Source of the DNA: Nemertoderma westbladi
Taxonomy: Eukaryota; Animalia; Xenacoelomorpha
Direction of reading: 5' to 3'
Assembly (NCBI GenBank): GCA_032718475.1
Contig: JAUCBJ010007881.1
Location: forward strand, 19,760-83,759
Length of the DNA: 64,000 bases
Made by a program: the position numbers and the translations under genes
The notes under the pieces: generated by a model
What the model saw: the letters and a program-made list of their open reading frames with translations, nothing else
Databases searched by the model: none
Told to the model about the DNA's origin: nothing
Shown here: positions 12,173 through 25,939 of the stretch, piece by piece
Position numbering within the stretch: position 1 is the first letter of the stretch
How the letters are laid out: each line of letters starts with the position of its first letter

Positions 12173-15100
12173 CTCAGTTCCTTTACGTCATTTTATGTTT
12201 AATATGTTTTTGCCCTAATAATATAATATAATGTACGTTGTTTCTATTTTCCAACTCTAAATTCGTTTTTGATTTCACCAATTTTGTTTCATTTACTTCA
12301 TGGCAATTATTTAAGAAATTGTTTCTATGTAGATCATATTGTAGATCATATTGTTGATCATTAACTGCAAATTCATTAATCATCAGATCATTAACGTGCT
12401 TATATCTTTTTGCATATATTTGCATTTGCAATCATACCCCTTTTCAGATTTGTACATATTATTATTCATCTATAAATTTATGTATATTTGTCGCGAATTC
12501 TCTTGCAGTTATGTATAATGTTTTGAATTTTCATGTTATATATTTAAGGTGTATAAGGGATAATAAAATTAATATCTACATATAAAAAGAAGTAAATAGG
12601 ACAAAATTATTTATTGCATGGAAAATAAACTATTTTGTCCGTCGACCTCAATAATATGAATAATAAGCTGATGTCGGTCATGGTTATCGACTTATCATCG
12701 GATCAACAACCACCAATCGCTATCATTCAGCTGTTTCATTGGTCAGCAATGAAAAATCAAGTTCCTCAGAGCAGTCTTCAGTCATAATGGCATTCTATGA
12801 AGTATAAAACTACAGGAAGTGACTCATACAATTATTCCAGTCATTAACTTAAAGTCCTTAGTCTCAAACGACCATTAATTTTCTTCGGTAGCCGTTCGTT
12901 ATCACAGGTACGTACACACGCATCTACAATCAGTCTCGTTTATTACCAGCTGAGCCAAGACTATTAATGGTTGCCGAATTCAGGAAGCTAAGCCGAATGT
13001 CCCTAGGGTTTTTTTTTGTAAGATGAAACATGCAGCTTATTGATTGGCATAGGCAGTTCCTTTTTCCATTACAGGCCTGTAATATACCTGAATACGAGAC
13101 ACTTATGACATGTAAAATGACTAGGCCTCATCTCTACAGGTAATTAATCTACTTATTTATGGAGCAGGGCACACTTACATATTAAAGTAGCAAATTACAT
13201 CCAGATTAACTTTATAGTGATTAATTAGACAGAGATAGAAAATTGAGTTGATTGAGTGTATAATTAAAGTCCAGGATTGGCTCAAATTAACATAATGACC
13301 GGAGTTAACTAGTTGTAAACTTATTTATGTTGCAAACACGCGTCGTCCAACTGGTGTATGTACTGTGATGTGTAGTGTTATACAGTTATAGGTTCCAATA
13401 AGTCGTCTACAGTAGTGTGAAAACGAAAACTTTAAAAAAAAAAAATTTTAATTTCCTTCTCTCAAAAATTTGTTCCTATGCTTTTCTAAACTTTTCATCA
13501 ACTACACGCATTTGGAATTTAAAAAATTTTACTGTTGGGGAAATATTTATTTTAAAATATTGAACCAACCAAATAAATAGCTGGACTGAAAGACAAATCC
13601 TATTTGGCCCAGAGACTGCAAACTCCAGTAGTTTGTGGTTCGCCACACCGCAGCGGCAGCGGTACGCAGAAAATGTTGATGGCACAATAATCATGATCTG
13701 ATGCTCGCAGCCAGGAAGCTTAAAGTTCGCAATTTCGTTGATAAAATCCATGTATTTCCTTTTCGGTTTTCTTTCCCCTTTTTCAATCAATTCCTTTCGG
13801 AGTTCCCGTCGCCGCTGCATAGCTAACGGTTCGTCTTGACAAAAATGCCCGACATTAGGGTTCTAGGTGATCAATTTTTAACAATAATCTGATGTACCTG
13901 TAATTGTAAATTGCATTAAATTATTGTCATTACTGTAGCTTTAATGAATGTAACATCATACCATTTAATTCTTGTAATTTAATTGAAAAGTTATTATATA
14001 TAACGCAGTTGGAGAATGACAAAATGAAAGTAAATTCAAATCTGAACAAAATCCGCACGCATATTTCCAATTGGGATGTCGTTTCAGACTATGGAAGAAT
14101 TTCAGGGCTGTTAATTGGCTGTTCCTCAAATAAGCTCACCTCATTGGCTAACACTCTCCCATAGTCAACAGATGTGTCGGTTCGGCCTAATTGCCAGAGG
14201 GGGTGTCGGTTGGGGCAAACTACTTATGTTACTGTTATTAACAAATCTGCCATACAGGCCCCGATACATACTAACTAATCTACATATTATATAATTAATT
14301 CACAATGACATTTGCGCGAGCCACGTAGTGTAGTATGCAAAGAATTTGTAAACTGACAGTGTTGGGGGAGGGGGGGGGTCAATAAATGGAAATACCTGTG
14401 GTCATTAGTTTTTGTAGAGTAAGCCTACAGGCTTATTATTATTAAGACACAAAAATATAAAAAAACAATAAATTAATGAAAGTAATATATACAATTTTCA
14501 TTGGTGCTTCAAAATTAGCTACAGTATTACTGACAACCTAGGCTAGCCACAAGCAAATCAATTCATGATTTAGTCACAGTTGCAGACACCGCTTTCCTAC
14601 TGTAATATTGTTCATTGTTGTTCTGCAAATTAACAAACGTTGTCGGTCGTTCAATTACTAATGTCATTTTGAGATGGAATGTAACGAATATCTGAGTATC
14701 TGCCAACCTACTAGAATACAGGCCGTGCAGCCGACTGCAACCATAAAACTTATGGACCGACATTTTATGAGTGCTGCTCCTTCAGTGTAACAGAATACTT
14801 GCAATTCAGTAATAACGACGGGAGAGTGTTAGCCAATGAGGAGAGCTTATTTTATTGGAGGAACAGCCAATTAGAAGCCCAGAAATACTCCCATAGGATG
14901 AAACGACACCCCAATTGGAAATATACAATCCGTACCTGTGCTTGAGACTGTAACTAAGGATGTACCGGTACCCCATAGAACACAATATGTTATATATTGA
15001 ATGTGAGATTGTCGAAGAAATAGGAAAGATGGTAAAATCCCCCACCCCCCTGAATACTCACATGCTGTAAATCATTATTACATTACATTTTCGGACCTCA

Positions 15101-16498
15101 TTTATACACCATAGAATAATATTGATAATGATTTTCCTTATGTAAAACCAAGACAAAAGATTAGCCGTAACGCTTCAAGTAGCCGCAAAGTGACTTTTAG
15201 AGTAGCCGTACCGCGACTTGCGCAACTTGCGTGCCACTCTCCCAAAAAATTAGCCGTAGCGCGACATTAGCCGTATACCAAGTGTATAGTAACACCATAC
15301 GCATGCGTATGTCTATTGTTATAATCTGGCGACTTATTTTTATTGCGGTCTAACCCACAACTATCTCGTACTCATTTAGCCACTATTATATTCCCGTTCA
15401 CTTCACATCCAACGGAGAGTGGTAAACTACTGTACATGTTGACAGGGGAGTTTGGTTCCAATAGTTAGTCTACTGTACCGGTATTGAAGCGGTATTCATG
15501 CGGTACACTACCGCTGAGCCTTTTAGCGGTAGCCCGTTCACACCCAACGGTATCGCGGTAACTGTTGGTCCATTTGTTCACAGTTAACTTAACAGTCTAG
15601 AAAGACATTTTATTAACATTATTTCAATGGGCAGCGGTAAACAGCGCGGTGTACCGTTCCGTGGAGTGCGAACACACCTTTAAGTTTGCAAGACAGAGAT
15701 GCGCCCTAGCTAGTCCCTTTAAAGCATTCGTGCCGAATCGAAACCTACCCTAACCGCCATGCAGGGATCGAACCCACTATTTATTTATATCAAAATTGTG
15801 AGAACATCACAAAAAACACCTGTTGTAATCGACATACCATTGTGATATAAAGGGCTCCTGGAATAGGAGGTAATGGGGGGGGGGGGGGGGGGGGGTAATC
15901 GTAATGAAATTAAAATTTATCCCGCTCCAGGGGAAATTCGACTGAGATACTACAAAAACTTCAAACTTCAAAAACTACAGTGGATCTAAGTTGTATGTCC
16001 TGAATAAATTCCATATTCTAGAAGTCCTTGCTGTATGCTGAAGCTATAGCACGTAACCTGTTCGGCGGAAGGCAACCATATAAATTTCACTTGAAAATAT
16101 AAATTCGAATTATTTATAATTATTATAATTAATTATTATTCTAATTAAATCCACTCCACATATTTGTGTTGTATAGTACTCGTGAAATACGATTCTAATT
16201 GGTAAATTGGTAAATATTGTTTTTAAAAATTATAAACTTCAGTTTAACCTCCAGGAATATACCCCAGGTTATAAAATGTTCATTGATAACAATAAGTCGA
16301 CATTTTAACAATAAGCTTACATATTGTACTGCAAATAAAGTAATTTATTTACCGTCACATCCCTCGTTCTATCTTATTGATCTCGCTCCCTGCGCTCGGT
16401 CGGTAAATAAGTGCAATGTGCTGTAAATTATGTATATTTTATTTACAGTACAATCAACTTCAACCCCAATTTATTTAGTTGATTATATAGGATTCATC

Positions 16499-17114
16499 TT
16501 CATGGATATTACTCCATTCATGGATATTACTCCATTCATGGATATTACTCCATTCATGGATATTACTCCGTTCATGGATATTACTCCGTTCATGGATATT
16601 ACTCCATTCATGGATATTACTCCATTCATGGATATTACTCCATTCATGGATATTACTCCATTCATGGATATTACTCCATTCATGGATATTACTCCATTCA
16701 TGGATATTACTCCATTCATGGATATTACTCCATTCATGGATATTACTCCATTCATGGATATTACTCCATTCATGGATATTACTCCATTCATGGATATTAC
16801 TCCATTCATGGATATTACTCCATTCATGGATATTACTCCATTCATGGATATTACTCCATTCATGGATATTACTCCATTCATGGATATTACTCCATTCATG
16901 GATATTACTCCATTCATTGATATTACTCCATTCATAGATATTACTCCATTCATGGATATTACTCCATTCATGGATATTACTCCATTCATGGATATTACTC
17001 CATTCATGGATATTACTCCATTCATGGATATTACTCCATTCATGGATATTATTCCATTCATGGATATTACTCCATTCATGGATATTACTCCATTCATGGA
17101 TATTACTCCGTTCA
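16499..17114. repeat. 18-bp minisatellite (TTCATGGATATTACTCCA)n, ~34 copies
   Basis: Direct reading; paralog of the array at 52121-53510. Confidence 0.97.
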
Positions 17115-18456
17115 TTACGTTGTTAACATAACTAACCCTTTAGGAAAATCCGAAGTACAGCATACCGTTCCACCACTTATAAGGGTGTAGGTGAGGTGTA
17201 AAACGTTACATTTGATTTACAATGACATAACACATATTTAATATATTTTAACAATATTTATTTCAGATATTAGGAGAAGAAGTACAACGAAAATGAAGTT
17301 GAAACACACTAGACAACAAGACTCGACTCTACAAAGAATATAAAACTGCGTCCATACAAAACTTCTACAAAATAACATTATATAAATACAGAGTAATACA
17401 ATATTGGGTCGTCAATATATATATAATCATACAAAATAAAATAATCTTATACTAATAATAATTTATTATGACCTGTAAAACAATTGAATTAATTAACTGT
17501 TGACTTTTGGTTAATTTTAAGTCTTAATTAAATGAACGTTGAAATGTTTACTCGCAAACAACTCACACAAGGTTTTTTGTGTAAAATTAACCAACTTTGA
17601 TCACGTCACCCATGCAGCAGTCTGTCACTGGGTCTCTTTTACCAGAGGCTGATAGTCAGTCTAGGAACGAGAGTAGGCCTACTGATACACTCTAAATGTT
17701 AGGTGGACAGAATTTAAAGAGGTGCCGGGTGAGATAGAGTTGAATTGTAGAAGAGGTAAAGTAGTTGGTAGTTGGTAGATGGAAGAACCTCTAATATTCC
17801 ATTCAAAAATATTAATTTCTTTACATCATAACCGCACTTTAGCCCTTATAAGTATAAAGTATAATCGTTTAATAGTAAGGTAATGAAGATAAGAACTGTC
17901 ATTGCTAGGTTACGACATATGAAGAACATACTTTTATTCATAAATTCGTACATTGTTTCTCAACGATGGAGATGTATTTATATAGGCAGGAATCTGTCAA
18001 CCCTGATCTCTCGTTCTAAACGAATGCTCTTGCTCAGTTACTACCAGCTGACATCCAAATGTAAAAGCGATGCGAAACAAAGTCAATATCCTAGACCTTC
18101 CTGATTAATCCAGTCGAGTACGAACTCGATTCGGCATTGCTAGGAATTAGTCGAAGTGTAAATTTTATACCTAAAATTTCAACAATATTGTGACTCTATA
18201 ACAATTGTAGTTGGCCTCCTCTCTGGTCAGGAACGACAGCCAAAACAAGTTAAGAAACTAAAATATCGCCATACCTTAACGTAAGTATCAGTTGACTGCT
18301 GCCCGTTGCTCATTGGTTATAGATAATTGTGCTATCATCAGTACCCTAGCCTTAGTATATTCGATTTTTAGTGAATCATGATTCTTTACTTAACAATTAA
18401 CAAAATAAGTACAACTAATTACTGTAACTAAATACGACCAAGTTTTTCACATTAAA

Positions 18457-18810
18457 TTAAACTGTTGAATTAGGATGAGAGGTGTATTTCGGTACTCCAT
18501 CATATTTCATGAAGGTTACATCCTGATTAGTTAGGAATGTATTGCTTTGGTTGGTATAGTTCGCTACATCCGTATAACTGTGACTGGTAGAAGAATCCAT
18601 CGACGGCTGCATTGAGATGTTTCCCGTAGAGAGGTTAGGGGCTGACATTGCCAGATACTGGGAGAATGCCGGTACACATGTAACTGGTGTCACATCCATG
18701 GGAAGCGGAACTACGAGCGAATCTTGTTTCCTTTGTTTCTGTTTTGAATGAATTTTGGTATGTCTTTTTTTCTCGTCTGATCGCGCAAACTTCCTTCCAC
18801 ATGTTTCGCA
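18457..18810 (-). pseudogene. egr: Duplicated orphan last exon of egr (third zinc finger and C-terminus)
   Basis: TTTTTAG|TGC acceptor intact; [21 protein letters not shown]...PNSTV* open, two amino-acid differences from 54841-55194 in the ORF-track portion; exons 1-2 are not in this copy. Confidence 0.85.
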
Positions 18811-18919
18811 CTAAAAAATAATAATATCACGGAATATGAGGCGATATTACAGTCGGAAATCCAATATACAGCAAAGCACACTGTTCAGGGAACTGATAGC
18901 ACAGATGTAACCAATGACT

Positions 18920-19530
18920 GACTGTTGATTCTCACCTGACCTTAGAGAAACAAATATCACTAACGGTGGCCCGCTCTTCATTTTTCCACCTTTGGAATAT
19001 TTCAAAGATCAAGAGATATTTCTCTGGTAAGATTTCGAAATGACAATTCATTCCCTAATAACTAGTAAACTGGACAATTACGGATTACCAAACAAATCTC
19101 TAAAGGCCATGATACTCCACAGGAGCGGCGAGCGGCCGCGTCAAGCGGCCACTTTTTAAAAATAGAACACATTACTTTCTATGGGTGTAGATACACCACA
19201 AATGGCCGCTGCCGCTCGCCGCTGTTCTGGGTATTATACCAAAAGTCGCCGTTCACATCGGCCGCTCACATCGGCCGCTCACATCGGCCGCTCACATCGG
19301 CCGCTCACATCGGCCGCTCACATCGGCCGCTCACATCGGCCGCTTATATCGGCCACACGCCGCGGCCGCTCGCCCGTCGCCGCGGCCGCTCGCCGCTCCT
19401 GTGGTGTATCATGGTCTTTAAGAAGCTTCAATATGTTCAGAATAGTGCTGAAAGACTACTGTGTGGAATCCGTAAACGGGAACATATAACGCCAGTTAAA
19501 AACTCCTTCATTGGCTTCCGATTACTCAGA
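18920..19530 (+). mobile_element. Degraded L2/CR1-like LINE fragment split by a MITE (MITE ~19103-19418)
   Basis: DSHLTLEKQI...ITSKLD...GLP | KKLQYVQNSAERLL...HITPV. MITE TIRs AGGCCATGATACTCCACAGGAGCGGCGAGCGGCCGCG / CGCGGCCGCTCGCCGCTCCTGTGGTGTATCATGGTCT in a TA/TAA context; internal 13-bp repeat CACATCGGCCGCT. Confidence 0.7.
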
Positions 19531-20965
19531 GAATTTACTACAGTATAAAATTGCGTTATATACGGCAAGCGTTGTTTCTTTTAGCGCTGCACACAAAATA
19601 GGGAACGCCCTGCCTCTAAAAATTTTATCGACTACGTCAATCGATGTAATTAAAAAGAGGTAATTAAAAACACATTATGTAAGTTTGGAATATCGATTTT
19701 GATTAGTATGGAATATAAGTTTTTGCAGACAACTCCGTTTATGCCAGTATCACACTCATGTTTTTAAAAATTTTTTAATGATTTTTATTTATTGAGCATT
19801 ATTTATAATAAGTAATCAAACTGAACTACAGTAAATTATTTTTTGTGACGTCTAGTTTGGTAATTTATTTTTGTTAGAATTATCAAACCATGCCCATATA
19901 TAATTATGTTTTTGTTTTTTGGTAACATTTCCGTATAGCACTACATTTTTGTAACATTAATTATTGTTACCATGGCAACAATGTAGAGTTCTAGAACAAA
20001 ATATAAATATTATACGCTATTCTAGAACATCAATAAAATAAAAAATATAAAAAATATAATGTTCTAGAACATATAGCTAGTTATTTTTCAAATTTAAATT
20101 TACAAGTGCACAAAAGTCAAATTAAGCAATTAAATGACAAGTACGGAGAAAAATAAGAAAAATATACGACGCCAGAGCTTTGTGTCAGGAGTGCATTAAC
20201 TATGAAGAGAAATTATCCCTAAAACTGACAGAATACATGTGGAGGCTACATATAAGAAAGGGAAAATTGAACGGATTCCATGAGATATTAAAGGCCAACA
20301 AAAGCCAATAAATACCCAATGGATAAATAAACTAATTAGTTACATCAGTATACAAAAAGTTTAAAATCAATAGGCCTAGTAATTTTAAATGTATTCAGAA
20401 ATTTATTTAAAAATAAATTTATTCTTAGATTGTTACTTTTTCGCTCGAATCTAGACCAAAATCGGGAGAAAAAGTCCTAGGGAAAAAAAGTAACCCATAG
20501 GATTGCATTGATTTTACTTTTTTCCCGGCGAAAAAAGTAAAATAAAATAATTTTGGTGGAATTTCTTAAATTTTGTCAAATGTGTTCAAAGAGCATTGAC
20601 GTAGAAAAAGTTTGCAAATGATTTGAGCAATTGAGCAAAATCCATCCACGCACTCAAAAGTTATGGCAAACTTAGTGCCTGTGCGGCGTACTCAAAAACG
20701 GAACTGAATATCCAATATTGTTTTATGTTCTAAAGCGGTTCTCTACAGTGCAGTAGTTACGTAATAAATATAAGAGAACACTAAATTATTTAACATTGAG
20801 TACGGCAGCATCAGGAGTTGAAGAGTACAATAATTTGAATCACAGTAACTATGGAAGCAATGTAGTAAAATACTGCAGTTCAATTTATTTTGTAACACTA
20901 TATCGCTGTAAGGTTTATTAAATAATTAAGTAACATAAAAGTACCAATTTAAGAATAAAATTACG

Positions 20966-21096
20966 TATTACATGGAAAAAAAAGTAGGACATTTTTTTTC
21001 AATATTCTCCCGACTCTTTATTAACCTCGCTGACGCTCGGTAAATAAAATGCCTTGAGAATAGTGAAAAAAAGTTCTACTTTTTTCCCATGTAATA
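20966..21096. repeat. ~130-bp imperfect palindrome (non-autonomous element remnant); paralog at ~57305-57436
   Basis: TTACATGGAAAAAAAAGTAGGAC...GTTCTACTTTTTTCCCATGTAA arms around a CCTCGCTGACGCTCGG centre. Confidence 0.65.
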
Positions 21097-23182
21097 GATA
21101 ATTATTTTATTAAATTTACTACCTATTTTAAAATTTAAAACAACAACTTAAAAGGCTATATGTTCTAGAACATTATAATTTGATTTTAAAATTTTTTTAT
21201 AATTTTTTCTTGTGAAAAAGGCTATTATCATGAGTTTTTTGTTCTAGATCAAATAATTTTCCTTCTGTAAGTAAGATGGTAGCTAGTAATTTTGATTGTG
21301 TTAGCTTAAGTACTTTTTATAAGATATTAAAAATATAACTTACTTAATTAGAACATCAAATATCAAACTGTGTGGAGAACGAATTGTGTTTGTGTGTTAT
21401 TATAAGTTCTATAATTAAAATTCTGCAGTTTCTAAGAGGTCTAATCATATAAAAAATGACGATATTTTTAATAAGGGTTATATGATGATTCTTGTACTAT
21501 TTAATTTTTTTCAAAAATGTTCTAGAATTAAAGAAAACTGTTCTAGAATAAAAATATTTATCAAAATTGATAGCCAACACGTGTTCTATAACATTTATAT
21601 TTATTAAAAAATAGCAAAATTTAGCTAGTATAAAAAATCTGGTCAATGAGTACCCAAGGTGTACCAATGCCAACTTTTCAACGTTGCCATATTGTTATTG
21701 GAATTTAGAACTGTGCAAGCGCATAGTAGTGGGTCTAATACATTGTACATACACAAACGTAATTAATTATATTAATTATACGAATGTACGAAACGATTGA
21801 TTATACTGTATGGCACTACTACAGTATGTGTACCCATGACCATATTTTTTTACTATAACTAGTTTTGGCTACTTTTTTTTTAGAACTATTCTATTTCATG
21901 TTAGCTATTTGTAAGTAAAAAAATTATGTTCTAGAACAAATATTTTTTGTTCTAGAACATTTTTATATAAAAAAAAATTATTAAAAATTTATTATTATGT
22001 GTAATAAATTGTTTATTTATCTATAAACATTAAAAAATACATATTATCAGGCTAGCTAGTGATTTTCCAAGTTAGCTACTGTATTAAAAAAAAAATGTTT
22101 TTTCAAAATTATATACTTTTATTTTATACTATTCTTTGGAAATCTCAATAATATATGGATCTTTAGAGCACTTTTGTTTTCGTGACGTGGCATTTTATTT
22201 AATGAAAACAGTTAAAGTGTGTAAGCGGATTCAATTCCATACATTACCCACCGAAAATGGGATTAGTGGCATTTTACCAATTATAGTTGGCGAGGTGACA
22301 TTACCAATAATAATGTCACCTCACAACCAAGTAAGGCGATACACGCCGTAAGCCACAGGGATAGTTGAGAGGTCAAACCACCTCAAAGGGGCAAACAAGC
22401 TAGTAAAGACGTGAAAGACCTTCGGCCTAGTATATACATATCCAGACAACAGCTTCAGCAGCCTACGGACGCGGCAACGCGTCCAACACAAACAACGGTC
22501 GGGATGTATACTGCCAACTCAAAGTTCCCGTCACAAAGTGAACCTACTGCTGTAAACATTAGAAAACATTCTAGAATAATATTTTGAAGTATTTATTAAA
22601 GGCAACATATTATTAACATTTTAAGTGTGTGTGTTAAGTGTGTGTTATTTAAAGTGTGTGGTAACAAATAACACCAAACATTAATGAATTAGAAAAAATA
22701 TTCTGATTAATCAGTTTAATACGGAAGGAGTGAGTAAAATATACAAGTAGGCCTAACAAAAGTGCTTTCCCCGAAACGACATCCCTTTTGGCAATTAGGC
22801 CGAACCGACACACCTTTGCCTACGGGAGAGTGTTAGCCAATGAGGAGAGCTTATTTTATTGGAGGAACAGCCAATTAGAAGCCCAGAAATACTCCCATAG
22901 GATGAAACGACACCCCAATTGGAAATATGCAATCCGTACCTGTGCTTGAGACTGTAACTAAGGATGTACCGGTACCCCATAGAATACAATATGTTATATA
23001 TTGAATGTTAGATTGTCGAAGAAATAGGAAAGATGGTAAAATCCCCCCACCCCCCTGAATACTCACATGCTGTAAAACATTATTACATTACATTTTCAGA
23101 CCTCATCTGTACGTATGTATACACCATAGAATAATATTGATAATGATTTTCCTTATGTAAAACCAAGACAAAAGATTAGCCG

Positions 23183-24352
23183 TGTTCGCGCTTTTAGGCC
23201 TTTAGCAGTTTAACCTGCCAATTTTAGTTGTCCTCTTGTTTATAAATCGACTTTAGCCTATATCGATTATTTAGTGTACTGAAGTTACATTAGCCGAAGC
23301 CAGTCTGTGCGCGATCATTCACCCACAGTTAAGGGAGACTGGATTCGGGTGCTTTGAAAGTTATTGCAATGTAGACCTACTGTATTATTCGATTGATCGT
23401 TACTATATAATCTCTGACAATATATTTATTTTCGGGGAAATATTAACAGTTCCTTTAGGACGTGGCGCTTTAAGTATAAAAACAGAGTTATGACTTATAC
23501 TAATCACAACGAGATGGCCACAGAGTTTCGTAAAAAGCGCATTCTTTAGGAGATGCTTTATTATCTGTCACACTACTTCACACGACTTCACACTACTTCA
23601 CACTACTTCGCACTGATCTGCCGACCGTCACTGAATTTGATCATATATAAGGAGGATCGCAACTGACACATGTAGGGATTATGAAATAGCATTTAATTCA
23701 CACAAAAACCACTATAATGTAAGTCGCAATTGCTACCGGTAACCTGTTCCTCTTACCTTCAGTAATCAAGAAGATTGGGGGTTTTATGATTATTTATCGG
23801 TATTCTCCAAATATAACAACATATCCATCAATATAACAACAATTAATAACAGACCGTAAACAGAAGTAAAATAATGCGGTGAACAGTCAGTATGTGTTAC
23901 ATAATGCAGTTATGAAATGTGTATCCAAGTAAGGTAGTTGAATTGAATTGAGTATGATCAGGTGTGAGCCGGTGCTCCAGGATAATAGATTTACGTTCTT
24001 ATAATCAAAGCCATCTAATATTTAGGCCAAAGTCTGAAACTTCCAAAACAGAAGTACAGAAGATTCCAAGCCGGTTCTGAGGCTCAGAAAGGTAAACAAA
24101 GACCGTAATTCATTGCGCGGGTTTCCATAGGCCCCTGTCCAACATAAAGTGAAAATCACTCTGATTGGCTGAATAGGCAGAACAAAGAGGTTCCACATCT
24201 ACAGGAAATCAGCTGACAGATTTCGTCATCTGAGCTCCAATCTTTTAGAGTATTAGGCGCATTGCGGCAAAAATGACTTGTTATGTCCGCAAAAGCACCT
24301 ACACTGCACATTGCGGGAAAAATAACTTGTTATGTCCGCAAAAGCTTTTACA
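23183..24352 (-). repeat. 3' LTR of outer element
   Basis: TGTTCGCG...CTTTTACA; direct repeat of 49656-50819; short purine tract GGGAGCGG precedes it on the minus strand. Confidence 0.95.
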
Positions 24353-24429
24353 CCGCTCCCAGAAAATGGGATTTAAGTCTATAAAATATAAAAATCACAG
24401 TTTCTAAAATATAAAAATACTCTAAACGA

Positions 24430-25939
24430 TTAGTCCTTCTTACGTGAACGGCATTTACGAAGTTTTTTGAGGCTAGCAAGAGTCCTTTTCTCTTTGGGGT
24501 GAGTCACTTTACTAGGAGGGCTATAACTCCTGGGTGAGGGGTGCAATACGATTGCATCGGAAGGTTTAGGGTTATGGTCAGTGTATCCACCGTATACAAA
24601 CGTCCTTGAAAATGGCGAATCCAGCGCTGTCAAACTTCTCAGCAGCTGAGCCTCTTAGGCTGAGCTTAGTCAGAGCGCGGTCCTTGAACTGACTATCAAC
24701 GTTATGGAACGGAGTCAGAAAGCGCCTAAAGCATTCGAATTGGAGGAATTGATTGTATTCCTAATATGTCTTCCATTGATGGTAGAGAGCAGGGGAAGGC
24801 CTATGTCGTATTCAGAAATATTCAGAAATACAATCTCAGTAGGAGGATTCAACATTCGAAGACCATCTCCAAATGAATTTATCCCCAATCATTAAGGAAG
24901 GTGAACAACCCGATTTATGACACATAATGGTACCAGTTGTTCACAGCCTATCAACGTGTCCTTTCAGTCCTTGTATCAATGGCCGTGGACTTGAGGAAAT
25001 TATTGGTGGTTGATTATCTAATCAACAACAAGAGGAGTAGTAGTTGATACTATGAATATCAACACAATGGTACATGGACAGGAGGTGCAGACACCAATAT
25101 AAGCATCCAGATCAATAGTAAGGGATGGGGAGGTTTAGTAGGAGGCGGTACGATCAATACCACGATACCACTATGATTGATCGATCATCTCCCAAAAGCT
25201 CCGAGCGCGTTGGGTAGAAAAGATGGGAAGAAGAGGGTTTCTCTATCAACGTCTTGTATCCTCGATAGCGATAGATAGAGGGAGAACAGTAGTAGGGAGG
25301 AGGAAGGATATGTGGGTAGTATCTATAAGATACCACAATGGACATGTTTTCCTTTTACGTCATTACTCATTCTTACTCTTTGATTGTGACACTGATCACA
25401 ATAATTGCAGGGAGAGGATGAAGTAAGAGGAAATTACAGCCTCCCGAAGGAGACCGCCCGTGAGCACCCGCGCCCCGGGGAAAAATATTCACATTATGGA
25501 CCCTGGACATTAACGTATGGTTTTTCTCCAGCTGGTTCTCCTCTACTTGTCTTTACAAACATTCTTCCACATTCTATCTTTCGAGTTGGTTTCGAATAGA
25601 ATTCTCATGTTCGATTCTCAGTTTATCGTTCGGACTCCGCTGGGTATGATATTTAAATAGGACCATTTCCCTTTGGGTGTCTACATCGTCCAGGATAGGA
25701 TGACCAGTAGTTAAGAAGTCCATATACATACCATTACGATGCATATAGCGAGCGGTGAATTTTCTATAGTTCAATTCACGCGTGAGCTGTTCCTTTGACA
25801 TTGGCGGTTCGATATAACGGCCATCGTCCTCCGTAGTGGGTTGACTAGCGTCGCCGCGTATTAAACTATCAACAATCGCTTGCAATGGTAGGGTATATCG
25901 CTCCCTGATACCAAGATCATCTTCTATGAACTCAGTCAT
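24430..25939 (-). pseudogene. Possible degraded accessory ORF in the 3' region of the outer element
   Basis: ATG-initiated 121-aa protein-like ORF (25939-25574), followed by broken frames in a less AT-rich zone; no family recognised. Confidence 0.3.

Larger units (their letters stand above)
14818..21811. repeat. Segmental duplication copy A (part of egr intron 2, last exon, 3' flank)
   Basis: Near-identical to 22822-23182 joined to 50825-58299. Contains the empty insertion site GATT-AGCCG-TAACG at 15163-15167. Confidence 0.95.

Noticed and set aside
13476-13820. 114-aa minus-strand ORF (MQRRRELRKELIEKG...)
   Set aside because: The N-terminal half looks protein-like and may be a transposon remnant, but I recognise no family and the rest runs into AT-rich sequence.
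16430-17131. ORFs (MDITPF)n and (MNGVIS)n
   Set aside because: By-product of a stop-free 18-bp repeat; copy number differs freely between the duplicates.
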